Positions 28,630 to 37,263 of a stretch of 64,000 nt of DNA are shown one piece after another (within the stretch, counting starts at the first letter, position 1; every line of letters starts with the position of its first letter). The DNA is from a virus, in the IMG/VR virus record IMGVR_UViG_3300049460_000150, positions 1 through 64,000 of that record; one strand, written 5' to 3'. Position numbers and translations under genes: made by a program. The notes below the pieces were generated by a model. It made no database searches, had not been told where the DNA came from, and saw nothing but the letters and a program-made list of their open reading frames with translations.

Positions 28630-28752
28630 ATGTACATGCAATGGATCGTGTCTGAATTGGCCGTTTGGCCGCTGTCGCATTTTGTCGGGCTGGCGCTGGA
28701 TGTCGCCGTGATCGTTTGGCTGTGGAAGTCCACGCCTATCCGTTTGAAATAA
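28630..28752 (+). CDS. 40-aa hydrophobic (single-TM) protein
   Basis: Below the ORF-track cutoff. GGAGG RBS; translates to MYMQWIVSELAVWPLSHFVGLALDVAVIVWLWKSTPIRLK; flanked by palindrome copies. Confidence 0.65.
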   Translation: MYMQWIVSELAVWPLSHFVGLALDVAVIVWLWKSTPIRLK

Positions 28753-28786
28753 CGGTCCCGTTTCCTGGACCTTCACCGGAGGATTT

Positions 28787-29032
28787 ATGTCTGAATTCAA
28801 CATGGCCGCATGGCTGAAAAAGCGTTTGGCTGATCCATCGCTTTCGACCACGGAGTATTTACATCACGAGCGTGCTTTGCAGGACATCGAATTTCGCCAG
28901 CGTGTGCTGGACGCGGAGTATGCCCACAAGGAACGTATGCTGGCGCTGGAGGCCGAACAGGCTGATTTCCAGCGCCGCATCGGCGCGGCACATGCCAAAT
29001 TGGACGCGCTCGGCGCTCCGCGTTTTTCGTGA
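28787..29032 (+). CDS. Hypothetical coiled-coil protein
   Basis: GGAGG RBS; flanked by palindrome copies. Confidence 0.75.
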   Translation: MSEFNMAAWLKKRLADPSLSTTEYLHHERALQDIEFRQRVLDAEYAHKERMLALEAEQADFQRRIGAAHAKLDALGAPRFS

Positions 29033-29080
29033 ACAAAACGGTCCCGTTTCCGGGACCGGCACCGTTGAAAGGGTTTCCAA

Positions 29081-29461
29081 ATGGCTGGCATGAGCGACAA
29101 TCCCCTCGTGGGGGACTACACCAAGGGCATTTCCAAGGGTCGGCAATACTTCGTGGAGTTGCGCACGAGGTTCTTCCTTGAGAAAGCTGACCTGAAACAC
29201 GTCACTTTGGACCTCCAAATGGGGCTGTTCAAGGAGGCAAAGGCGTTCACTGACGCTTTCGTGAAGCTGAATCACCTAGACCGTTTTGGGCCGGTGCCGG
29301 TCCCGAAAACGGGACCGAAAAGCGTTGCTTTGCGTTCAACTCCATTGGCGCAGAAGCAACGAGTTATCCACAGGCCGACTTCGACAATTGCGAAAAACGC
29401 AAGCCTGAAAGTTTCTGCGTTGCAAGACATTAGGTTGCTTTACATGCAACTTTGTGGATAA
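29081..29461 (+). CDS. Hypothetical protein (doubtful 3' half)
   Basis: Weak RBS; the 3' half runs through a palindrome copy and DnaA boxes. Confidence 0.4.
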   Translation: MAGMSDNPLVGDYTKGISKGRQYFVELRTRFFLEKADLKHVTLDLQMGLFKEAKAFTDAFVKLNHLDRFGPVPVPKTGPKSVALRSTPLAQKQRVIHRPTSTIAKNASLKVSALQDIRLLYMQLCG

Positions 29462-29584
29462 CTCGCGTTTTTCTGTGGATAGTTTTTCTGGCCCTGTGAA
29501 TAACTTATTTTTGCCTAAAAAATAGGCAGAAAACAGCGTTTTTTGTGGATAAGTCGGTGGATAACGCTAAAAAGCTGTGGATAA
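29364..29584. promoter_or_regulatory. DnaA-box cluster
   Basis: TTATCCACA at 29364; TGTGGATAA at 29453, 29544, 29576; TGTGAATAA at 29495; one-mismatch boxes at 29474 and 29556. Confidence 0.8.
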
Positions 29585-29588
29585 ACCG

Positions 29589-30198
29589 GCTTGATAGTCT
29601 CATCCACTTTCGGGGCGAGCGCCTGAAATTTCGGGTTTTCTGTAACGAATGATGGGCCGAATGGTCTAGACCATTTGTGGTCATTTTGACAGGATTTTTG
29701 GGAGGATGATACTATCATCCCCCCATTTGCTTGCACATCGGACGAGAAAATGCAAGCGCTAAATCTGCCTAAAAATGAGGCAAATCGTTGTGCAGCGCAA
29801 TATTTTGGCCTTTGGATGATAGTCTCATCCCCTTTTGGGGGCCAGGACAGGCACCGGGCGATGGCGAGGTCCCGGAAACGGGACCGGAGCGGCGGGTAGG
29901 AACCACAGGGAGGGGATGCAGACGTGATGGCGATGAAATGGGCTTGGCTTTGCGCTCGATTTTGCGCTCGCTTTTGCGCTCGCTTTTGCGCTCGCTTTTG
30001 CGCTCGATTTCCGATCACTTTTGCCTTCGCTTTTGCGCTTGGTTTGTGGTAAGGGGACGGCACCGGCTTTTCCTTTCCTTTCGTTATCTTCTCTCTTTTT
30101 CTAATTACTCTTTAGGGTTGAAGGGGGGATGATAGTATAAAAGGGTAAAGAGAAAAGAGTTACTTTTAAGAAATAAAGAGAGGATGAGACTATCATCT
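29589..30198. repeat. 17-bp palindrome family GGATGAKA-S-TMTCATCC
   Basis: Copies at 29704 (perfect), 29814 and 30182; partial copies at 29589 and 30127; also at 23053. Confidence 0.85.
29948..30007 (+). repeat. 12-bp tandem repeat (TTTTGCGCTCGC)x5
   Basis: Five adjacent units, with degenerate units continuing to about 30040. Confidence 0.9.
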
Positions 30199-30710
30199 AA
30201 AAAATTCTGGACCCCTGCCGGTCCCGGTCCCGTCGCCAACTAATGCCCAATTTTTAGGCAGTGTTTTCGGTGCCTTTTCCGACCCCAAAAAGTTGCCGAA
30301 AAGTGCATAAAATGCCCCTCAAATTTGCCTAAAATTTGCCTAAAACTTGCCTAAAAATTGAGCATTTCTCGTGCTGCCGATCCACATCCTGATCCACATC
30401 CACATCCAAAATCTGCACCAATTTTCGTTAAGGGGAACATCCATGCGCAACGTCATTCCGACCCAAAAGCGGTCATCACTTTTAGCCTCCCTCACCCGCC
30501 CAATTTCCATACCCGCCTGGGTGCCCATTTTCATCACCCTCACCAACATGGTTTCCATCACCATTTTGGTCATCGCCAACCGAGACATCTTCGCAGCATG
30601 GTTCCACGGCTAAATGCAAGGGGTAAAGCTGCCGCCCTCCCACTGCCCGGTCCCGTTTCCGGGACCCGCCACAACCCTGGCCCCAGCATGGACCCCCAAA
30701 GCGATCAGAA

Positions 30711-30739
30711 TCGCCCACAGGGCGTTTTTGGCTTATAAT
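30711..30739 (+). promoter_or_regulatory. Putative early promoter
   Basis: TCGCCC-N17-TATAAT; a similar TCGCCA-N17-TATACT lies at 27610-27638. Confidence 0.45.
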
Positions 30740-30813
30740 GAGTACCGTTCCACCACTGGCTCCATAATCGCCACCTGAGCGGTTTTAGAGCCTTCTAACA
30801 AAGGAGTGACAAA

Positions 30814-31161
30814 ATGACATCCCACCACACTACCCCGGCCCCGGCCCCGGCCCCGGCCCGGGACGAGACCGTTTCCAACCCCCGCGCCCACCACCTCGGC
30901 CATCGCCTTTACCTCTCCCCTTTGGCGGCGATTAAATCCATACTCCCGGCCACCACTTTTTACGCGCCCAATTTCGCCTCCAAATGCCAAGACACGCTCA
31001 TGGAAATGACCGAACCATTCGATGGTGACGATTTGTTCGTCGCCCTCAACCTCCTGGCCCTCTCGGAAGGCATCCTGCTTTATCGCTTTTACGAGCCGCA
31101 AATTACCACCCTCAATCACGCCGTCACCATCATCAAATACTACGCAATAAGGAAGCCTTAA
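30814..31161 (+). CDS. Hypothetical protein
   Basis: AAGGAGTGACAAAATG start; N-terminal PAPAPAP encoded by (CCGGCC)n. Confidence 0.7.
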   Translation: MTSHHTTPAPAPAPARDETVSNPRAHHLGHRLYLSPLAAIKSILPATTFYAPNFASKCQDTLMEMTEPFDGDDLFVALNLLALSEGILLYRFYEPQITTLNHAVTIIKYYAIRKP

Positions 31162-31163
31162 AA

Positions 31164-31721
31164 ATGGCTATTTCAAGCCCAAAACCACCAAAGCCGCCGA
31201 AGCCAGCACCCAAAGTCAAGCCCACTGGCCGTAAGACCTCCTGGCCCACTAAAATTGACGCACCACCGGAGGCTCTTGCACTGTACGAAATGATCTCGTC
31301 CCTGCAACACAGCACGGCGTTCAAGACTTGCCACCCATATCAAGGTGCCACCAGCAAAAATACGGGCATTCCGATGTTCAAGTTTGAAGGGCGAGTCCAT
31401 GCGATGCCTTACATCATCTGTTCCTTCATGGGAATCGAGTACGGCACCCGTAACTGCAAAACCTACGGCTGCATGAACCCTTTCCACTATTCGCCTCCAC
31501 CGCGAATTTCGGGGGCGCAAATGGCCCATATTGACCTGCCAATGCCAACGCTGGCACCGGACTATCACGACCTCCTGGAATACTACGTCGAGGAAGTGGG
31601 AATACAGCCCAATTACACCGCACTTCGCGCTGCAATTCCCACTGACGACATCAGTGACGCCGCCTTGCGGGCGGCAGTGCAAGCTTGGCCCGGTCCCGGT
31701 CCCGGAAACGAGACCCTTTAA
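31164..31721 (+). CDS. Degenerate HNH/His-Me finger-like protein
   Basis: CHPYQGA...CKTYGCMNPFH resembles the Zn-binding CxxxxCxNPxH motif of HNH-type endonucleases. Confidence 0.5.
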   Translation: MAISSPKPPKPPKPAPKVKPTGRKTSWPTKIDAPPEALALYEMISSLQHSTAFKTCHPYQGATSKNTGIPMFKFEGRVHAMPYIICSFMGIEYGTRNCKTYGCMNPFHYSPPPRISGAQMAHIDLPMPTLAPDYHDLLEYYVEEVGIQPNYTALRAAIPTDDISDAALRAAVQAWPGPGPGNETL

Positions 31722-31743
31722 GTCCCCCACCCCAGGAGTAATC

Positions 31744-32088
31744 ATGAACGTCCTCACCTTTAGCACCATCGGGCTGCAAAATCCGAACGTCACCACCACC
31801 AATTACACCGCCATCCAACACGCTGGCGTCGTCTTCACCCTCATCAACGGGGAAACGCACGTTTCCGTGGCCCAGCCGGACCAGAAACCGGACGGCTTTG
31901 CCGTGTATGGTCGCAGCCCAGAGGGTATGGCTGAGTGGATCGCTGATTTCGATAGCGAATTGCACTCGATGCTCTTTGCATCCACTCTGTCCTACGTCAT
32001 GGGCGTGCCAATCGAGGATAAAGTCTTCAACGTGGACGCCATTTCTGCGGCAATCTTCACCCTCAACAATCAAGGGCAACCGAACTAG
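31744..32088 (+). CDS. Hypothetical protein
   Basis: AGGAG RBS before ATG 31744, just after a palindrome copy. Confidence 0.7.
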   Translation: MNVLTFSTIGLQNPNVTTTNYTAIQHAGVVFTLINGETHVSVAQPDQKPDGFAVYGRSPEGMAEWIADFDSELHSMLFASTLSYVMGVPIEDKVFNVDAISAAIFTLNNQGQPN

Positions 32089-32146
32089 CCATGGGCTAAA
32101 GCCGTTTCCCCCTAATCTTCTAACCCTTTTCCTATAGGAATACTCA

Positions 32147-32434
32147 ATGAGTCTCGGTCAACGTAAAATGCGCGCCAAAGCTGATGCCTTGGCACCCTCT
32201 GTTCTGATCTGCGGCCACCGTGGCATGGAGTGGATCGTCATCACGGGTGGCGGTTTCAGCACCCATTTCTACTACGGCAAAGAGGGACCCAACGGTCCCG
32301 TTTCCGAGACCAATACCGGCCTCTTGGCAAGCGTCTCGGACGACTTCAAACCATGGGCCAAGAAACTGCTCAAGGATTACAACAATTTGAGGACTCAAAA
32401 TGAGAACAAAGTTCCAGTTAAGCGCCGAGCCTAA
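32147..32434 (+). CDS. Hypothetical protein
   Basis: AGGA RBS; contains a palindrome copy in frame (GPVSET). Confidence 0.65.
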   Translation: MSLGQRKMRAKADALAPSVLICGHRGMEWIVITGGGFSTHFYYGKEGPNGPVSETNTGLLASVSDDFKPWAKKLLKDYNNLRTQNENKVPVKRRA

Positions 32435-32660
32435 CGAAGTGCATCTGATCCGCAACGCGAACTTTAAAAAGATTGCGGTGCTGATCCCATGCAATAAGGA
32501 CGATGAGGTTCGTGAGCTGGTGTCCATGATCGAAAAAGGACCCTTTCCTGGCTTCCAAAACGTCACAAACTGCACAACCGCTGGCCCCAGTGTTCACCTC
32601 AGTTTTGCCAGCGCCGATGATGCTCGTGCTTTCTTCAACTTTATCTGGAGTACCCAATAA
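32400..32660 (+). CDS. Hypothetical protein
   Basis: GAGGA RBS; coupled to the next ORF. Confidence 0.65.
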   Translation: MRTKFQLSAEPNEVHLIRNANFKKIAVLIPCNKDDEVRELVSMIEKGPFPGFQNVTNCTTAGPSVHLSFASADDARAFFNFIWSTQ

Positions 32661-33058
32661 TGGAACTCTATTACAAACCTGACGCCTCCTTTGTTGGCGT
32701 CGGCGCGACCATCAAGACCCAATCCTGGGGCCTCGTTTACATCACCCAGATAGAATACCCAAAGGTTACGATCCGTTTCCAAACCGGACGCACCTTGACC
32801 AGCGATGCCGGGACCTTTGGTTGCGAGTGGCGTAGGACGCAAGAGGAAATAGACGCGGCTGTCGCCGAAGCCCGTACTAATCGCCAGCCAACAATCTGGG
32901 CCGTTGCCGTGCCACTTTTGGTTGAGGGTCAAGACATCCATGAAGTGCGCCAAATCCTGGCCGAGTTGTTCGCAGGACTCCAGCACAGCAATGTGGTATC
33001 CATCAACACGGAAGTGTCGGGCATCAGTACCGGCGTTTATCGGGGAGACTTGGAATGA
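32660..33058 (+). CDS. Hypothetical protein
   Basis: TAATG coupling; GGAG RBS. Confidence 0.65.
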   Translation: MELYYKPDASFVGVGATIKTQSWGLVYITQIEYPKVTIRFQTGRTLTSDAGTFGCEWRRTQEEIDAAVAEARTNRQPTIWAVAVPLLVEGQDIHEVRQILAELFAGLQHSNVVSINTEVSGISTGVYRGDLE

Positions 33059-33285
33059 AAATCTTTGCCAATCTGTTCGGCTCTCGTGAACCACACGAAG
33101 CCATGGGGCGCATGATCGAAGAAACGCTCGATGAATCACGAGCGCAACTGTTCCAGACCCGTCTGGAAAAGGAGCGCGTACTTAGCGATGAATCGAAGCT
33201 CATGCGCCGCATCGAACGCCTCGAAAAAGAGGAAAAAGAACACGCCGAAAAGCGTGAAGCCCAAAGGGCCTCAACCCTGCTGTAA
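33055..33285 (+). CDS. Hypothetical coiled-coil protein
   Basis: ATGA overlap; followed by a palindrome copy. Confidence 0.65.
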   Translation: MKIFANLFGSREPHEAMGRMIEETLDESRAQLFQTRLEKERVLSDESKLMRRIERLEKEEKEHAEKREAQRASTLL

Positions 33286-33336
33286 AGGGTCCCGGAAACG
33301 GGACCATAACACCACCTTATCCAAAGGATAATAGCC

Positions 33337-33789
33337 ATGAACACCCTCTCCCAAGAGAACATCAAGAAAACCTACTTCGGTGTCGTCACAGATATCAGCG
33401 AGATTTTCGAGCGCTTCCTGTACTGCCACGATGCCACCTTTCACCCAGACCGTGGAAGCCTCACGCCGCGCCCTGAAGGCTTCTATTTCTGCCCCGGTCG
33501 CGGCACGACTGTCGAAACGTGGCTGAATTGGGGAAAGCCGCGCCCTAAATCGGGCAATCTGTCGGTCAAACCGACCTACAAAGTCGCCACCGCTGTCTTG
33601 AAGCGATCCATGGAGGGCAAAATCGGCGGTTTTCAGATCATACCCTGGGAACACGCTGGTCACGCCCTCATCATTGGCAGTGACAGCACGGGAATTGCCT
33701 CTGTTTGGCTGGCGTTTATCCCGCTGGACAAACTCCCGACGATCAATCAGGACAACACGCCCATCTGGGACGGCAAAGCCGATGTCTAA
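33337..33789 (+). CDS. Hypothetical protein
   Basis: AAGGA RBS. Confidence 0.7.
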   Translation: MNTLSQENIKKTYFGVVTDISEIFERFLYCHDATFHPDRGSLTPRPEGFYFCPGRGTTVETWLNWGKPRPKSGNLSVKPTYKVATAVLKRSMEGKIGGFQIIPWEHAGHALIIGSDSTGIASVWLAFIPLDKLPTINQDNTPIWDGKADV

Positions 33790-34219
33790 ACCGACTCCTG
33801 ATAACCCCTCGCGCCGTGCCATGGCCCGCGTCCCGAATCCCCTGCCAATTCCCACCAATTGCCCGCACTGCGGCGCTCTGGTCTTTTGTGTAGGCAACCA
33901 AACGATCTATGGTAGGCCGTTTGGTGACTGGCCGTACGCCTACCAATGTGCACGCCCCTCCTGTGGGGCCTATGTCGGCCTGCATCCGTTCACAAACTAC
34001 CCACTTGGCACGCTGGCGGATGAGCAAACTCGTCGCGCTCGAAGTCTCGCCAAGGATTACTTCAACCCACTGTGGAAAAACCGGGTCATGACCCGCACCG
34101 AAGCCTATGCCTGGCTTGCGACCGTCATGAATCTCCCACCTGAGCTGTGCCATTTCGGCCTGTTCAACGTGGACCAGTGCAGCGCCGCAGTTAAACACAT
34201 CATGGAGCGTACAAAATGA
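33782..34219 (+). CDS. Zinc-finger protein, DUF3268-like
   Basis: CPHCG...CGAYVGLHP...PLGTLAD...RTEAYAWLA...CHFGLF pattern. Confidence 0.75.
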   Translation: MSKPTPDNPSRRAMARVPNPLPIPTNCPHCGALVFCVGNQTIYGRPFGDWPYAYQCARPSCGAYVGLHPFTNYPLGTLADEQTRRARSLAKDYFNPLWKNRVMTRTEAYAWLATVMNLPPELCHFGLFNVDQCSAAVKHIMERTK

Positions 34220-34752
34220 CTCAAAATTTCGACACAAAAGAGAACCGCGCCAAGCAGTTTAAGCGCGGCCTCCGCGATGCCAAGACTGCCCAAGTCCCGT
34301 TTGGTCAATCCAACGAGCTGGGAACCGTCGCCACGAATCTGGATCGCGCCTACCGCAAGGGCTGGATTGCGGGGCGCAATGAAGATACCCACCTCACGCC
34401 GCCTATCCCGAACATCAAAACATCGGGCCGTTTGCACTGGCTGAAATACTTCCACGAGTTGACGCCCAAAGAGCGGGCCGAACTCGATTACATCACCGAT
34501 GACACCAACTCCTTCCTGCGCCACCAAGGTCATGTGTACGACCTGGGTGAGTTTTCGCGCATCATCCCGCCCGAAGAAATCGGCACGCGCCATCTGCATC
34601 CTATGTGCCTGCACGACTGGCACGGCGACTACGACAACTGGGACGCCTACCTGGGCGATTCGGCTTTTAGCATGGTCCTCATCCGTTATGAGCGTGACAG
34701 CAGCGGCGACATCAACGCCGAACGGGCCGTGATCGGACACGCATCATGGTAA
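34216..34752 (+). CDS. Hypothetical protein
   Basis: ATGA overlap; GGAG RBS. Confidence 0.65.
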   Translation: MTQNFDTKENRAKQFKRGLRDAKTAQVPFGQSNELGTVATNLDRAYRKGWIAGRNEDTHLTPPIPNIKTSGRLHWLKYFHELTPKERAELDYITDDTNSFLRHQGHVYDLGEFSRIIPPEEIGTRHLHPMCLHDWHGDYDNWDAYLGDSAFSMVLIRYERDSSGDINAERAVIGHASW

Positions 34753-35015
34753 CGTACTTTGTTGAGGTGACGGACACCTACGGCGGCGAGGCAAACTACT
34801 GCTGGGCGCACCACTTCAAAGTGGAAGCAAAAACCGAGCGCGGCGCTGTCCGTAAAGTGCGCCGTGAAATGGAGCTTGGTTCTTCTCGCTGCGTGATGGA
34901 TGCTGGCGACATGCAACGCTGGGACATTAAAGGCGCTGCCATTTGCATGTTCGTGGAGTGGTACGACGAGACCCGTCACGGACTCGATAAATACGCTAAA
35001 CAGCGTGACCTGTAA
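34746..35015 (+). CDS. Hypothetical protein
   Basis: TDTYGGEANYCW motif; stop lies 1 nt before a palindrome copy. Confidence 0.7.
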   Translation: MVTYFVEVTDTYGGEANYCWAHHFKVEAKTERGAVRKVRREMELGSSRCVMDAGDMQRWDIKGAAICMFVEWYDETRHGLDKYAKQRDL

Positions 35016-35058
35016 CGGTCCCGTTTCCGGGACCTTTCCACTTCAAAGGAGTAACACC

Positions 35059-35247
35059 ATGAAATCACAGAATGGTTACGTGTTTTTCTACGGCAGCAAG
35101 CGCGTCGAACTGTACGCCGACAGCCTGTATGCGGCAAAGGTGGCGGCAATTGCGCATTTCAAAGCGCCGAAGTCGAAGCAACACATGGTCCACGGCGCAC
35201 TCGCTGAAAAAGCGGGAAGCGCCGTGATCCACACGCCAACGGAATAG
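35059..35247 (+). CDS. Hypothetical protein
   Basis: AAGGAG RBS; bracketed by palindromes at 35017 and 35246. Confidence 0.7.
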   Translation: MKSQNGYVFFYGSKRVELYADSLYAAKVAAIAHFKAPKSKQHMVHGALAEKAGSAVIHTPTE

Positions 35248-35297
35248 TCCCGTTTCCGGGACCTCACCTCACCACAACCTTTAAACGGAGTGACAAA

Positions 35298-35591
35298 ATG
35301 AACATAGATAAAATCATGAAAGCCTGGACGAATGAACTTCAGGAAGCCGCAGTTATGGAAGGCTGGGATTTGTTTACTGCCACCGATGGAAGTCCTGTTC
35401 AAGTGCAGCGCTTCGATGACGCTGAGGAATTGCCATTCGGTGCGCACCATTTAACGTGCGATGCTGAGGCAATGATGATCGTCAGGACCGGCACCGGGCC
35501 ACATCATGCCGTTGCACGCAAAATACTGCACGACCATTTCCCCGCCGAGTGGGCCATTATGAACGCCGCTATATTCAGTCCAAAGGAGTGA
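35298..35591 (+). CDS. Hypothetical protein
   Basis: GGAGTGACAAAATG start. Confidence 0.7.
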   Translation: MNIDKIMKAWTNELQEAAVMEGWDLFTATDGSPVQVQRFDDAEELPFGAHHLTCDAEAMMIVRTGTGPHHAVARKILHDHFPAEWAIMNAAIFSPKE

Positions 35592-35595
35592 CAAA

Positions 35596-35907
35596 ATGAA
35601 CGAGAAATTGATAGCGATACTGCGTGCCATTTGCGAAGACACGGATGGTGCCTGCGCCGCCTACAGCCACAGCAAATCTGCCTACGTCCACATCGTAACG
35701 GAGGACAACATCAACGAGGCCAAGGAACTCCTGGCCGAGATCGACCAGACTTACGAGGTCGTCAAGTGCTTTTCCGGCGACACGCCGCAGGAAGTCACGC
35801 ACACCGGCCTGACCAAAGATGAGGCCAAGGACATCGTAGGCGGAGACGACACCAGCGGCACCCTCCCCACGGGTGAGAAGTGGATGCTCATCTTCCGTGC
35901 GGAGTAA
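35596..35907 (+). CDS. Hypothetical protein
   Basis: GGAGTGACAAAATG start. Confidence 0.7.
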   Translation: MNEKLIAILRAICEDTDGACAAYSHSKSAYVHIVTEDNINEAKELLAEIDQTYEVVKCFSGDTPQEVTHTGLTKDEAKDIVGGDDTSGTLPTGEKWMLIFRAE

Positions 35908-35909
35908 CC

Positions 35910-36173
35910 ATGGCCTCCGAACGCTTCATTGAGACCACTTACTACTTCCACAAAGAGGTAGTCAAGATCACTCGCGCCGCCCACCCTGAAAATGCTTTGC
36001 CAAACGCGGTGCGGCACCTGCTGCAAAACGACTACGGTGCCACCGTGGTCGAGGTCACGGACCTCCAATACGGCGAACTGCTGGCCGTGGCAACGTACAA
36101 GATCGGCGAGAAATTGCAGATCATTTTCGAAAAGAACCCGCACCGTCCTGTGTGCATAAAGTGGGAGATTTGA
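35910..36173 (+). CDS. Hypothetical protein
   Basis: GGAG RBS before ATG 35910. Confidence 0.65.
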   Translation: MASERFIETTYYFHKEVVKITRAAHPENALPNAVRHLLQNDYGATVVEVTDLQYGELLAVATYKIGEKLQIIFEKNPHRPVCIKWEI

Positions 36174-36174
36174 C

Positions 36175-36432
36175 ATGGCAACTTACGAAGAACTGGACTC
36201 TCGCGTCAAGGTGGAATTTGTCGCCGCCGCACTGGCTGAAAAAGAGCCTGAAATGCTGGCTAAAGTCTTTACTGTTTGCGCCCGCCATTTTCATCATGGC
36301 AGGGACATCAGCGTGTTCTGTTCCGAGCGCAAGAAAGATGGCTGGCTGGAATGGCTGGTGAAAGTGGATGGCCGTATCACCATCGGCGTGATCCAGCGCA
36401 CCGTCGGTGCTGAATTCGAACTGCATTCCTAA
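36175..36432 (+). CDS. Hypothetical protein
   Basis: GGGAG RBS; followed by a palindrome copy. Confidence 0.65.
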   Translation: MATYEELDSRVKVEFVAAALAEKEPEMLAKVFTVCARHFHHGRDISVFCSERKKDGWLEWLVKVDGRITIGVIQRTVGAEFELHS

Positions 36433-36489
36433 CCCACGGTCCCGGTCCCGTTTTCGGGACCACACGCACACATTTTTTCGGAGAATAAT

Positions 36490-36999
36490 ATGAACCAAGT
36501 CCACATCATGCGTACCACCCTCGTCAACGAAGTAATGCGCCTCGCAAGCCTGTTCGCCACGGCCCGTGTCCGTCACCACGTTGTCAACGCGGGCCTCAAC
36601 GGCAATTCCGCCGAGACCAAAGAGGGCGTTCAAAAGCGTGTTATCAAGGCTGAAAACGAGCTGCGCGGCTATGCCAATGGTTTGGCTCTCCTTTCGGAGA
36701 ACAATGAGGTCGCCAAAGCCCTCATGCGCAAGCAGGAACTCATCGCCGACATCGGCTTTGAAGTCGGCCACTGGTGGGAGCGCACCACCAACAGCGGTTG
36801 CAGCAAGATCATGGAACATTGCGACGGCTCGCGCGGCCTGATGCAACTGGTTGTGGAATGGGCCGGTGAATTCGACACGTTCTGGGAAGCGTTGGACGAG
36901 GACGACGACCGCCGCGAAAACTACATCGAAGAAATCGTTAATTTCACGGCGAAAAAGATCGCCGCGTTGGCCCTGGACGCCGGGGTCGATTCTAAATAA
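36490..36999 (+). CDS. Hypothetical protein
   Basis: GGAG RBS; bracketed by palindromes at 36444 and 37008. Confidence 0.7.
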   Translation: MNQVHIMRTTLVNEVMRLASLFATARVRHHVVNAGLNGNSAETKEGVQKRVIKAENELRGYANGLALLSENNEVAKALMRKQELIADIGFEVGHWWERTTNSGCSKIMEHCDGSRGLMQLVVEWAGEFDTFWEALDEDDDRRENYIEEIVNFTAKKIAALALDAGVDSK

Positions 37000-37047
37000 C
37001 ACATAAGGGTCCCGTTTCCGGGACCTTTCCATATCAGGGAGAACGTC

Positions 37048-37263
37048 ATGAAATACCTACTCATTGCCCTACTGGCTGGTTGCGCACAACAACAGCCTAT
37101 GCTTTACAACCCCTACAAGACGCCTGCAATGGCGCAGCAAGACAACCTGGAATGCCGCTATGAAGCGATGAAGGTTGAGGCCACGGTACAGAACGCGGCA
37201 ATGGGCGTTTTCGCTCGCCAAGACGCCATGCGTATGTGCCTTCAAGTAAGGGGATACAAATGA
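37048..37263 (+). CDS. Small lipoprotein
   Basis: MKYLLIALLAGC: short signal peptide with a canonical LAGC lipobox. Confidence 0.75.
   Translation: MKYLLIALLAGCAQQQPMLYNPYKTPAMAQQDNLECRYEAMKVEATVQNAAMGVFARQDAMRMCLQVRGYK

Larger units (their letters stand above)
29512..30364. repeat. 17-bp imperfect palindrome family TGCCTAAAAA..RRGCA plus tandem (YTTGCCTAAAA)x3
   Basis: Copies at 29512, 29766, 30244 (inverted) and 30348; tandem 11-mers at 30324-30356. Confidence 0.8.

Noticed and set aside
29515-30738. ORFs 29515..30063, 29788..30132, 30340..30588, 30358..30738 and 30371..30613
   Set aside because: They are translations of tandem repeats and skewed low-complexity DNA with no convincing RBS; treated as non-coding.
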